From: Candidatus Bathyarchaeia archaeon
GTDB lineage: Archaea > Thermoproteota > Bathyarchaeia > Bathyarchaeales > Bathycorpusculaceae
DNA: 64,000 nt
Assembly (NCBI GenBank): GCA_038727135.1
Contig: JAVYWL010000001.1
Location: 640,001 to 704,000 of the forward strand
Direction of reading: 5' to 3'
Shown: one piece after another, positions 9,931 to 19,054 of the stretch
Layout of the letters: each line of letters opens with the position of its first letter
How positions within the stretch are numbered: position 1 is the first letter of the stretch
Notes under the pieces: model-generated
Seen by the model: the letters and a program-made list of their open reading frames with translations, nothing else
Database searches by the model: none
What the model was told of the DNA's origin: nothing
Position numbers and translations under genes: made by a program

Positions 9931-11622
9931 TTGAACTTTTTTGATTTTGCTTGGTCAGCAGCTCTTCAAGTCACCAAGAAATCCTATAACGAACTTAAGG
10001 TTCTTCTCCACGATGATTTGAGATATCCTTATCTTGGGAAGGATGCAAGAGGATACGTCCTTCATTTAATCAAACCTTTAAGACTGAATGACAACCACGT
10101 TGTCTTCCAAGGGTTAAAATTTGACCTCCAAAACCCAACTCATAGAAAGATTATTTGGTACTTGTTTAAAGCATCTGTTTATCATCTAAGCTTACACGCC
10201 CTCTTGTCGGATTTTTCCATTTACTCACATTGGGCAAAGGGAAAACAACCAAGCCTATCCACCTTCGCTGTTAGCCTCGTTGAAGACGCGGTAATCAACA
10301 AAAACTTGAAGCAGTCTTTTAAGTGGATGCTTCCAGAAATAACCTATGCAAACGTTATCTCCTACCTCCGAATGAAAAGCGCCGAAGAACTTTCAAATGA
10401 CATTTCGCGGGTGATGGCTTTAACTCTCTTAAACTATAATCTTGGGAAAGTTAAAGGGGCGCTTAAAGACGAGGCCCTAACAGAAGTTGAAGCCATAACA
10501 TCCATTCTGCAGAATATTCAAGAAAATCCAAGTGTAAATGACAAGATAGATTGTGCGAACAAAATTTACGACGCCCTGTCCCTTTTCGGTCAAGCTTTTG
10601 AAGTGCCCTCACTTTTATACACTGAAAGTCACGGAACAAACGACCCTTTCTATAAGGAGAAATTGCCAAAAGAAGACGAAATACAGAACCTCTTAATCGA
10701 AATGTTGCAAAAAGTTGGCCAAGAGTTTATGGACGAACAAAAACTAAACTTGGCTCTTCAATCCTTAGATGGTAGCGACGCAAACCGCGCCTTAACAGCT
10801 TGGTTGGAACGCGAAAAAGCGCAAATTAAAATTTTAAATGGTTACAGGGAAAGCGGGAAAGACACAGAGTTCGAGGATTTCTCCTTCCCGGTTGAAGACT
10901 ACGCTGAATTTCAAAGGCGAAGGGAAATCTTAAGCAGTCCCATTAGGCGGATTCTCCATCAATTGAGGCTTTTAAAGAACATCAGTGGCGAAGACTTTAA
11001 GCAGGAAAGCGGGTTCGTCGATTTACAAGAGGCTATACAAGTTATTGCAAGCAAAAGCCAGCGAACGGATATTTTTGTTCGCGAGGAACTCCAGACCAGA
11101 GAGGATGCATGGTCCATACTTATTGACGCAAGCCACAGCCTAAACATGTTTAAGGGCGAGGTTAGAGGCATAGCCCTCTGCCTAGCCGAAGTCGCCAGAA
11201 TGCTCATCCTAAATCAGAACTCTTGGGGGATGTACGCCTTCAACAACAAATTCTACGTAATAAAAGACTTTACAGAAAAGTATGATGCTCGCGTCAGAGC
11301 AAGAATTGGAGGCTTAACCCACGGTGGTTTTACCTTTTTGCCAGACGCCATCTTGCTAGCGGCTCAAGCTTTGACGCGCCGCTTAGAAGAAGCCCGGGTC
11401 TTAGTTGTGGTTTCAGATTTTTACCCCACAGGATATGATGATGCAGAAGAAAAGTTAAAGGAGAACATTAAAAAAGTTGAGCGAATGGGCGTCGGCTTAA
11501 TAGGCATAGGGGTCAACAGCACTGCGGTTAAACGTTACATTAGAACGCATTGCGTTGTTGAAAGTCCCTTTGATTTAATGAAAAAGTTCACTAAAGCGTT
11601 CATAGAATATAGCGCAGGCTAA
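9931..11622 (+). CDS. VWA-domain MoxR partner (NorD/CbbO-like)
   Basis: C-terminal MIDAS ILIDASHS...GFT.LPDAI...VVVSD; SGFVDLQEAIQ; 13 bp downstream of the MoxR ATPase. Confidence 0.85.
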   Translation: MNFFDFAWSAALQVTKKSYNELKVLLHDDLRYPYLGKDARGYVLHLIKPLRLNDNHVVFQGLKFDLQNPTHRKIIWYLFKASVYHLSLHALLSDFSIYSHWAKGKQPSLSTFAVSLVEDAVINKNLKQSFKWMLPEITYANVISYLRMKSAEELSNDISRVMALTLLNYNLGKVKGALKDEALTEVEAITSILQNIQENPSVNDKIDCANKIYDALSLFGQAFEVPSLLYTESHGTNDPFYKEKLPKEDEIQNLLIEMLQKVGQEFMDEQKLNLALQSLDGSDANRALTAWLEREKAQIKILNGYRESGKDTEFEDFSFPVEDYAEFQRRREILSSPIRRILHQLRLLKNISGEDFKQESGFVDLQEAIQVIASKSQRTDIFVREELQTREDAWSILIDASHSLNMFKGEVRGIALCLAEVARMLILNQNSWGMYAFNNKFYVIKDFTEKYDARVRARIGGLTHGGFTFLPDAILLAAQALTRRLEEARVLVVVSDFYPTGYDDAEEKLKENIKKVERMGVGLIGIGVNSTAVKRYIRTHCVVESPFDLMKKFTKAFIEYSAG

Positions 11623-11633
11623 TTGGCATTGTT

Positions 11634-12167
11634 TTACAGCTGTTTTATCACTGAAAAATCGGCAATAAACTTGAACTTTTCTTCCTCCAACTCCTTTTTT
11701 GGCTTTACAGCTATTTTTTCTGGGATTCCATCGTGTATGAATGTGACATAAACGATGTTTTTCCCTAAACCGTAGCGTTCGAGTTCCATGAGGGAAGCCT
11801 TAATCTTTTCAAGCTTGTCAAGTTTATTCTTAAGCTCTTCGACAGCCTCAAAAATTATTTCCACCTCTCCGAAGTCGTCGGCGCAGAGCATCAGATCCTT
11901 AAACTTAACCCACTCTGCTAAGGCTGGTTTCTCTTTTCTTTCGCCCTTTCTGCTACCGCTCCTTAAGAGTTTCTGTAAATCTGACGCCTTTTTTGTCCAT
12001 TCTTGATTTTTGGAGGCTTCCGGGCTTCTTAGGAGGGTTCCTAGCCATTGGCTGTAATCGTCCAGCAAAGTTTTATACTGGTTTATTTCAGCTTCAACAG
12101 CTTCTCGTATTTCTCTTGCTGAGTAGAAGGTTCTGATTTCAGTTGTTATGCCATCCATTTTTGCCAC
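11634..12167 (-). CDS. Hypothetical coiled-coil protein
   Basis: 177 aa with two heptad helices and a C-terminal DGIPEKI beta motif; 2 bp from the upstream gene. Confidence 0.75.
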   Translation of the reverse strand: MAKMDGITTEIRTFYSAREIREAVEAEINQYKTLLDDYSQWLGTLLRSPEASKNQEWTKKASDLQKLLRSGSRKGERKEKPALAEWVKFKDLMLCADDFGEVEIIFEAVEELKNKLDKLEKIKASLMELERYGLGKNIVYVTFIHDGIPEKIAVKPKKELEEEKFKFIADFSVIKQL

Positions 12168-12169
12168 CT

Positions 12170-12835
12170 TCAGCTTTCTTGGTTTTCGTTTTGCAGCGAG
12201 TCCTTGACAACATCCATCGATTCCTTTTCTGATGTTCCCGCTTCCTTGCTTCCAACTATAGCTTTTACAACGCTTTTAAGCTCCTTCTTTATCTTGGCGA
12301 AGAGGCTTACGCGTGTGCTTATTTTCTTTCTGTAAAGCATTATAACTTCGGCTAGTTCAGGCATTATTACCATCAAAGTGGCCATAACAATTTCGGGCGG
12401 GTACTCAGCCAAAAAGGCAGAGTGCACTTCACCCTTTTCGTGGACAAGTATGAGATTACATTCCTCGTTTAAAATGACCTTTTTCACCCTAGCCTTTATT
12501 GGTATTTCTCGCGGCGGAATGTTGAATGAGACATTTAATTTTTTCAGAATCTGCCTCATGGACGTGCAGAGATCTCTAATTAGTTTATCTTCCTCCATTA
12601 AAAACTCGCTTAGTTGAAGGGTTTCCTCGCTTATGCTTTTCAACAGCTCTTGTAGTTTCTGCTCCAGTTCCACCTTATGCTTTTCAATTTCCTCTGCCTT
12701 TAGAACTTCTTCACTTTCTGAAAATTGGAGGGGATGGAAAAAATAAGCTTCTTCTACAACCTCTTCTTGGCTTTCTGTAGGCTTAACCCCCGCGGACTTA
12801 TCGTTCTCGTTTGCTTTTACATCCTTTTTTTCCAT
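12170..12835 (-). CDS. Hypothetical coiled-coil protein
   Basis: 221 aa; acidic N-terminus and long heptad helices flanking a small alpha/beta insert. Confidence 0.75.
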   Translation of the reverse strand: MEKKDVKANENDKSAGVKPTESQEEVVEEAYFFHPLQFSESEEVLKAEEIEKHKVELEQKLQELLKSISEETLQLSEFLMEEDKLIRDLCTSMRQILKKLNVSFNIPPREIPIKARVKKVILNEECNLILVHEKGEVHSAFLAEYPPEIVMATLMVIMPELAEVIMLYRKKISTRVSLFAKIKKELKSVVKAIVGSKEAGTSEKESMDVVKDSLQNENQES

Positions 12836-12933
12836 GAAACAGCCCCAGCATTTTAAATAGTACAGTTAACTACAAAAGAAGCGCCGGATAATAGAGTTAA
12901 GTATGTGGCGAACTGTTACGCACTAGGCTCTTT

Positions 12934-13401
12934 TTAACCATATTGTGGTTTATGCGGCTTTACAAAAATGAGGGCTACACAGAGATAAAGCATCATGCCG
13001 ATAAACTGGCGCTCAATGTCTGAGATGCGCCAAAACCAACTTGTCCCTCCGCTGAAGTGTAAGCCTGCTATGAACCATGCGAAGACAAAATCGGTAAACA
13101 ACTCTACAAACATAGCCATATTCGCTGGAAATTTGACAATATGAGAGTCTAAGCTTAACACCATGTAAATTGGAAAGTTGGCTGTCAAGACAAACAATGC
13201 TAATCCAGCTGGAATGCCGAAAACTTCCATAAAAGCCCGTGCATAAATATTCGCCTCCTCAGAGGGTGCACGGCAGAAAAGCATCGTTGAAAGGCAGTCA
13301 AAAAGGATAAAAGTGAAAGCTAGGATGATTCTCCGTCGCCAGTGATTATTTTTCGGGAGTATAAAGTGCTTTAGGTTTATGGATAAGCCCAACTCCTCCA
13401 T
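12934..13401 (-). CDS. Membrane protein (DUF5658-like)
   Basis: About 4 TM helices; DCLST...EEAN resembles the DUF5658 D..ST...EAN motif; ATG 13401 follows SD GGAGGAG. Confidence 0.6.
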   Translation of the reverse strand: MEELGLSINLKHFILPKNNHWRRRIILAFTFILFDCLSTMLFCRAPSEEANIYARAFMEVFGIPAGLALFVLTANFPIYMVLSLDSHIVKFPANMAMFVELFTDFVFAWFIAGLHFSGGTSWFWRISDIERQFIGMMLYLCVALIFVKPHKPQYG

Positions 13402-13465
13402 TTCTCCTCCGTTCTCCACTTTGGCGTTGGGCTTTATTGCCTTTAAGGTTTTGGTGCACCAGCTG

Positions 13466-13491
13466 TATTTTGAATTCATATTTTGAATTCA
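13466..13491. promoter_or_regulatory. Tandem 13-bp direct repeat TATTTTGAATTCA x2 (each with palindrome TGAATTCA); candidate operator
   Basis: Exact repeat at 13466-13478 and 13479-13491, 4 nt upstream of TATAAAA in the divergent DUF5658/trmB promoter region. Confidence 0.6.
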
Positions 13492-13572
13492 GAAGTATAA
13501 AATATGGCGTATACTGATTCGATTTCTGGCTCTGAATTAGAAGAGGAGTAGGCTAAAATAAAAGGGGTTTAA

Positions 13573-14445
13573 ATGGAATTATCCGTTGAAAAGCCCGAAA
13601 GCATCGTAAAGCTCTACGACGAAAATAGTGGACTGTGGCGTTTTGTAAAGGCGGATAAGGGACCAACCAAATCTATAGAAATCATTGAAAAGGCACTTCG
13701 TGGATTAGGCTTGTCAAAGAATGAAGTGAAGGTTTACGTTTACTTAGCCAGAACGGGTGAGCATAAGGCTAGTGATATTTCTGAGGCGTTGTCGTTGCAT
13801 AGGACTGAGACCTACAGAATTTTGCGGGATTTGGAGAAAAGAGGGCTAATATCATCAGTTTTTGAGAAGCCACTGAAGTTTATCGCTACACCTTTTGAGA
13901 AGGCTTTGGACATACTTATCGAAACCAAAAGAATGAAGCTAAACCTCCTTGAGAAAAAGAGGCAGAACCTTGTCGATTTATGGCTTTCGCTGCCAAAGCC
14001 TGAAGTTGAGTTTGAAAGGAAAGAGGTTTTCCAGATATTGGAGGGCGAGGAACAAATAAGCTTGAAGGCAGACGAGATAATTAGCAAGGCTGAAAGTGAA
14101 ATCCTCGTCTTCATTTCGGAATATGACATTGCAAACTTTTATCATTCGGGTTTTTTGGACAAGCTTGAGAAACATCAAAAAAGAGGCATAAGCGTTCAGC
14201 TTTTAACCACTTACTCGCCTAAGACGTGCTTCTTCTTGGAAAAAACAAAGCTGAAAAGGGCGAGGTATTCGCGCTTAAATGCTGATGAACTGCCGACCTT
14301 TATTTTGGCAGACAGCGAACACCTACTCCTCCTAATTAGAAAGGAGAACGGCAAAAAGAAAGTTGCAGCCTTATGGACGAACTACGACGCTTTCATAAAA
14401 GCCCTAAAAACGCTCTTTAACGAGTTGTGGAACAACGATGCGTGA
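13573..14445 (+). CDS. TrmB-family transcriptional regulator
   Basis: LGLSKNEVKVYVYL...ASDISEALSLHRTETYRILRDLEKRGLI wHTH, EKPLKFIATP, C-terminal effector-binding-like domain. Confidence 0.9.
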   Translation: MELSVEKPESIVKLYDENSGLWRFVKADKGPTKSIEIIEKALRGLGLSKNEVKVYVYLARTGEHKASDISEALSLHRTETYRILRDLEKRGLISSVFEKPLKFIATPFEKALDILIETKRMKLNLLEKKRQNLVDLWLSLPKPEVEFERKEVFQILEGEEQISLKADEIISKAESEILVFISEYDIANFYHSGFLDKLEKHQKRGISVQLLTTYSPKTCFFLEKTKLKRARYSRLNADELPTFILADSEHLLLLIRKENGKKKVAALWTNYDAFIKALKTLFNELWNNDA

Positions 14446-15952
14446 ATTTTAACTTGCCCATTTTAATCTTTATTTCTTGCCAAACTGCCTTTGTAAGCAT
14501 CCTTGCATCCGCATCTATCGTGGAAAGTAGTGCAAAGTAGCAGATTCCGCCAAAGGCTGTTAAGCCCAAAATCTGATGAACTTTGGCTTTGCCTGGTTGA
14601 AGCTCAAGCGCCTCTTTAGTTATGAAAAGAACTCCGCTCATGATTATTGAGACAAAAACATATTTAGCAATATTTTTCCACGGGACTTCTATTTTCGCCA
14701 TTTTTTGGACCATGGCATATAATATCAAGAACATTGCGAAGCGGGCTGCCGAATTTATTATGGCAACTGCAAGCGCGGATTGCACAGGTTGGCTTTGTGT
14801 GTAAGTAGTTAGTACATAGTATGTGAGTGGTATGGTTATTGCCGAGTGAATATAGGGCAGCGAGAAGGCTATAAACAGTCTGCTTTCTACGAGTTCTTTG
14901 AAGGGTATTTTCGTCTCTTCGTCTATTCTTTCATACCCGTAGAGTACAAAGCTGTAAAGTGTAGAGATTGTAACAACAAGGGAGTCTATGGCTAAAACGG
15001 TTAGTACTAACCAAGCTTCTGTATATTCTTTTTTGAGGATAGTTAGATATAGTTCTGGTAATGTTAGGGCTCCGGCGGTCATGGGGATTGCGAACATCAA
15101 GACTGTCTTTATGGATGTTGTGATGTCTTGGCTGCTTTTTTCCGCCAAAAGTTTTGGATATAAAGCGAAGGCTAGGAAAGACGAGTATGTTATTATGTTT
15201 GCTATTTGGAAGGCTGCACCGTAATTGCTTCTGGCTGTTTCTCCCCCGTATGTGAAGAGCATTATGAAGATGAAGGAGGCTATTTGGTTGCCAAGAACAT
15301 TGTAGATGTTTGCAACCGAGCCTTTTACCCACTCTTTCATGTAAGCCCATTTAACGCTTTGTTTAAGGTCTTCGGCAAGCAGTTTCAGGTAGAAGATTAT
15401 TTGTGTTGCGATGGCTGTGGTTAGGCTTATTATGGCTCCTTCTAATGGTTTTTGAAGCTTGATTATAAGTATGTATCCAAGCAATACTTTGCATACTTCC
15501 GCTATTAGGAGTCCATAGCCGAGTGTTTGGGGTTTTTTGGCTCTTAAGCAAGCTTCAAAAGCATTTAGCAGGTGGAGTTCAACTATTTGAATTGAGACCA
15601 GCATGTAAAGGCTTATGTAATTTTGCACACCGAGTGCTGTTACTATCAATGGTATAAGCGGTAAATAAATGATTGTTGCAGCTATGGAAACGGCTAAGTT
15701 TGCAACTATGCCAGTTTTAACGGCTCCTTTTTCTTGTCTGGCTACAAAACGCATAGTCCAGAAAGGCAATATTCCAGCGAGGATTGTGAAATAAGCCAGC
15801 ACATCATTTATGTTAAACCAAACCCCATACTCCGACGGGTTAGTGGAACGGGCTATCATATACTGGAAAGCCAAACCAGTGGCAACGCTCACCAATTTAG
15901 CAGCAAAAATAACAAAACCAGAATACTGAACGCGGATCTCGTTTTTAGCCAA
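14417..15952 (-). CDS. Wzx/MATE-superfamily oligosaccharide flippase
   Basis: 511 aa with about 14 TM; IARSTNPSEYGVW; last gene of the glycosyltransferase cluster. Confidence 0.8.
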   Translation of the reverse strand: MAKNEIRVQYSGFVIFAAKLVSVATGLAFQYMIARSTNPSEYGVWFNINDVLAYFTILAGILPFWTMRFVARQEKGAVKTGIVANLAVSIAATIIYLPLIPLIVTALGVQNYISLYMLVSIQIVELHLLNAFEACLRAKKPQTLGYGLLIAEVCKVLLGYILIIKLQKPLEGAIISLTTAIATQIIFYLKLLAEDLKQSVKWAYMKEWVKGSVANIYNVLGNQIASFIFIMLFTYGGETARSNYGAAFQIANIITYSSFLAFALYPKLLAEKSSQDITTSIKTVLMFAIPMTAGALTLPELYLTILKKEYTEAWLVLTVLAIDSLVVTISTLYSFVLYGYERIDEETKIPFKELVESRLFIAFSLPYIHSAITIPLTYYVLTTYTQSQPVQSALAVAIINSAARFAMFLILYAMVQKMAKIEVPWKNIAKYVFVSIIMSGVLFITKEALELQPGKAKVHQILGLTAFGGICYFALLSTIDADARMLTKAVWQEIKIKMGKLKFTHRCSTTR

Positions 15953-16126
15953 TCACTCACCCATAGCTGTTATCACGCGATCTTTGGCACCCGATTTTGT
16001 TCTTTTTGAATATTAAACATAACCATCTTTATGGTGAAATTAAATCTTCGCGTGTGGTATGTAATTGTTTTGGTGTATTTTAGCCTGAAGACTTAAGAGT
16101 TTTCAAAAAGGTGTTGATGTTGTGGC

Positions 16127-16861
16127 TTATTTTCCATATAGGAGTCTTTTTAATTGTGCTCTAAAAACCCAGCCGGCGAAATCATAACGTTTAGGCCTTT
16201 TAATTATTGCTGTAAAGTAACCTAAAATTGTGAAGATATTTCTAATATCGTAGCGTACAACTTCAGCGACGTGAGCCGGTTCATAGCCAAGTTTGTACAT
16301 TTCAATCCCGCGGGTAAAATAGTATCTCCATGTATGATGGGCTCCGCTCTTTCTTTTTAATATTGGCGGCAACGCCCATGTTAGCACGCTATAACCTTGG
16401 CATAGAAGTTTGAGTCCCGTATGCGTGTCTTCAAACGCCGTTTCAACAAATCGGCCATTAAAAATTCTGAGGAAGCAACTCATTTTTAGTAACATGGCGT
16501 ATCCAGCTTTACCCACATAATCGGCATTTACTTTTAAATTTTCTTCAATGAAGCGCTTTGGCAAAACTGTGTCTGCGTCTACCCTTAAAAGGTAGTCATA
16601 ACTATTTAGATTTACCATGGACAAGGCATAGTTAAGGGCGGTGGCAATTCTTTTTCCAAGAGGATCCTGGAAATTTGGTTTAATATAAAAAATTTCCACA
16701 ACACCTTTACCGCTTGTTGAAACCAGTTTCCTATATAATTCCTCAGATCCGACAGCGACAAGAATTTTTGAAACTTTAATTGTTTGACTCATTAAACTCT
16801 TAATAGTATCAGTTGGGTCATCATTTAGGGTTGGTATGACCGCTAATATTCTCGGCTTCAA
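16127..16861 (-). CDS. Glycosyltransferase family 2
   Basis: ILAVIPTLND, DXD in RVDADT, FEDT. Confidence 0.85.
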   Translation of the reverse strand: MKPRILAVIPTLNDDPTDTIKSLMSQTIKVSKILVAVGSEELYRKLVSTSGKGVVEIFYIKPNFQDPLGKRIATALNYALSMVNLNSYDYLLRVDADTVLPKRFIEENLKVNADYVGKAGYAMLLKMSCFLRIFNGRFVETAFEDTHTGLKLLCQGYSVLTWALPPILKRKSGAHHTWRYYFTRGIEMYKLGYEPAHVAEVVRYDIRNIFTILGYFTAIIKRPKRYDFAGWVFRAQLKRLLYGK

Positions 16862-16875
16862 ATAAGGCCCCTAAA

Positions 16876-17817
16876 TTAAATTAACGCATTGTAAATGTTT
16901 AGCAGTTTCTTAACAACGTTTTCTGGCTTATGGTGTTTTTCCAAGTATTTGTTTTCTTTTTGCCATAGGTTGACGTTCGAATCGTATATTTCTTCGATGA
17001 TTTTTCCTTCAGTATTGATATTTTTTAATGGAAAATCTTTGTATTCTGGGTATTCTGATGAGACATATGTTATTGCTGGTCTGCCGCATGCTATGGCCTC
17101 TAATGAAACCATTCCCAGCGATCCCAATTTGAACCTGTCAATCACAACATCAGCGTTCCAATAATACTCGCGCATTTTTTCGTGATGAACTTTTGGAAGA
17201 ATGTTTAAACGCAAGCCCAGAGAACGCGCTAAAGCCAGGGTTTTTTCAAAATCCACGCCGTGTTTAATAATGCTGACTTCAACTTCGTTTTTAACTTTGC
17301 TTAGAGCCCTTATTGCAATATCCGTGCCCTTAACAGCCCAATTACAGTCACTAGCAATAAGCACCCTCTTTTTACCGCCATGTTCAACCATGGGCTTCGG
17401 GTAAAAAAGCTGCATGTCTACGGGATTTGGCAAGTACTCCGCATCCTCCCTAAACCTTTTGGCTACGGCAAGAATGTCCGGCGTACTAACCAAAACTTTG
17501 TCGCAACTTATCAAATTGTGCTTAACTATTCTGCCCCAAACAGAGTGCTTAAGAACCGCCCTCAAATCGCTGCCGTGGGCATGCCCAACCAGAGGCTTTT
17601 TCCCAAAACGCGCAGCCAAATAGCAATCCTGAAGAAGATAATGCACATGATAAACGTCGCCCTTAGCCCTCAAAATTTTATAGGTTAAACCAAAAGTTTT
17701 ACTCCAAAAACCCCTCGTCCGCCTAATATGCAACTTCTCCACAGCACTTGGCATGTACTTCAGTAAGGTTTCGCCAACATAAGCACAATCATTAATCATA
17801 ACCACCCTCATAACCAT
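16876..17817 (-). CDS. Glycosyltransferase family 4
   Basis: HAHGSDLR, KGTD, GSLGMVSLEAIACGRP. Confidence 0.9.
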   Translation of the reverse strand: MVMRVVMINDCAYVGETLLKYMPSAVEKLHIRRTRGFWSKTFGLTYKILRAKGDVYHVHYLLQDCYLAARFGKKPLVGHAHGSDLRAVLKHSVWGRIVKHNLISCDKVLVSTPDILAVAKRFREDAEYLPNPVDMQLFYPKPMVEHGGKKRVLIASDCNWAVKGTDIAIRALSKVKNEVEVSIIKHGVDFEKTLALARSLGLRLNILPKVHHEKMREYYWNADVVIDRFKLGSLGMVSLEAIACGRPAITYVSSEYPEYKDFPLKNINTEGKIIEEIYDSNVNLWQKENKYLEKHHKPENVVKKLLNIYNALI

Positions 17818-17832
17818 AACTCATCCTCAAAT

Positions 17833-19038
17833 TTATCGGTCGAGAAGATATTTGCGGATAACATGTAACTCATATTTCGCGATATCGTCCCAGCTATAAC
17901 TTTTGGTTAATTTGATATATTCACCTTTTAATTTTTCTCTGAATGACTCATCTTTAAGTAGCTTTAAAACACTGACTGCGAGTTGTTTGACGTCTCCCTT
18001 ATCGACATATATTATCATGTCCCCGTATGCCCCCTTATAATTTGGAAGGTCATAAGCGATTACAGGAATCCCGCAAGCGATGGCTTCACATAATGCTAGA
18101 GGGCTTCCCTCTAAGTAACTTGGAAAAACAAAAATTTTACTTTGGCTTAAGAGTTTATATTTCTCCACTTCCGGAACGAAGCCTGAAAAAATAATGTTTT
18201 CTTGTAGGTTATATTTTTTGACTAAGGATTTTACCTTTTCAAAGTACAGCCCGTCTCCTTTCCCGATGATAAGAAGCCTTGCGTCTGGTTTCTCTGTAGT
18301 AACGATTTTCCACGCTTTAATCAGGTCAATTACACCTTTACGTGGTATAATGCTCCCGAGAAAGCACGCATCAAATTTCTTATGGGTAGATGTTTTTGTA
18401 GCTATTTTTCGGACTAATGAATAATCAACTCCAACATTTATTACAAATATTCTCCGTTCATTTACTCCGAGCTTTATAAGTAGCTTTTTAATGTGAGGAG
18501 AAACAGAAAAGATAAGGTCTACTTTTTTAAATAACAAAAAATTTCTCAGCATTTTTTTAAAAAAGAAGAACAATCGACCGGGTACATCTCCTATATATAT
18601 GGTTCCACTTCTGGCCTCTGAGCATGCAAAAACTTGTTTAAGAGAGCTTGTAATCCCTGTGTCCTCTGGACTTAAAAGATTAACGCCACATATTAATGGT
18701 GCTTTGAATTTCTTTTTCAAGGCAACCGAAGCTAAAACACAAAGAAATTTTTCTTCTGGACAATAAATGAAGTCAAAACTGAAATTTGGAATTGCATTAA
18801 GCATATTTATTGCGGTTATGAAATCCTCCAATCCGCCAATTTTAAAACGTGCTTTCTTGAAAAGGTGGAAATTGGCTGTTAATCCAAACTTTTTACAAAG
18901 AGCAACCGTCACGTTATCCGCAATTATGCATATTTCGTTACCCGATTTTCTCCATACTTTGCATATCTCAATAAACTGTCTTTCACCTCCAGTATAGAAT
19001 TCAGAACTACCAGCCAAAAACAAGCACAAAATTTTCAA
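17833..19038 (-). CDS. Glycosyltransferase family 4
   Basis: TGGERQF, IPRKG, FPSYLEGSPLALCEAIACGIP (EX7E). Confidence 0.9.
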   Translation of the reverse strand: MKILCLFLAGSSEFYTGGERQFIEICKVWRKSGNEICIIADNVTVALCKKFGLTANFHLFKKARFKIGGLEDFITAINMLNAIPNFSFDFIYCPEEKFLCVLASVALKKKFKAPLICGVNLLSPEDTGITSSLKQVFACSEARSGTIYIGDVPGRLFFFFKKMLRNFLLFKKVDLIFSVSPHIKKLLIKLGVNERRIFVINVGVDYSLVRKIATKTSTHKKFDACFLGSIIPRKGVIDLIKAWKIVTTEKPDARLLIIGKGDGLYFEKVKSLVKKYNLQENIIFSGFVPEVEKYKLLSQSKIFVFPSYLEGSPLALCEAIACGIPVIAYDLPNYKGAYGDMIIYVDKGDVKQLAVSVLKLLKDESFREKLKGEYIKLTKSYSWDDIAKYELHVIRKYLLDR

Positions 19039-19054
19039 TTTAATGTCCCTTCAA

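Noticed and set aside
15974-16054. Inverted repeat CACGCGA/TCGCGTG upstream of the flippase
   Set aside because: Only 7 bp with a long spacer; compatible with chance.
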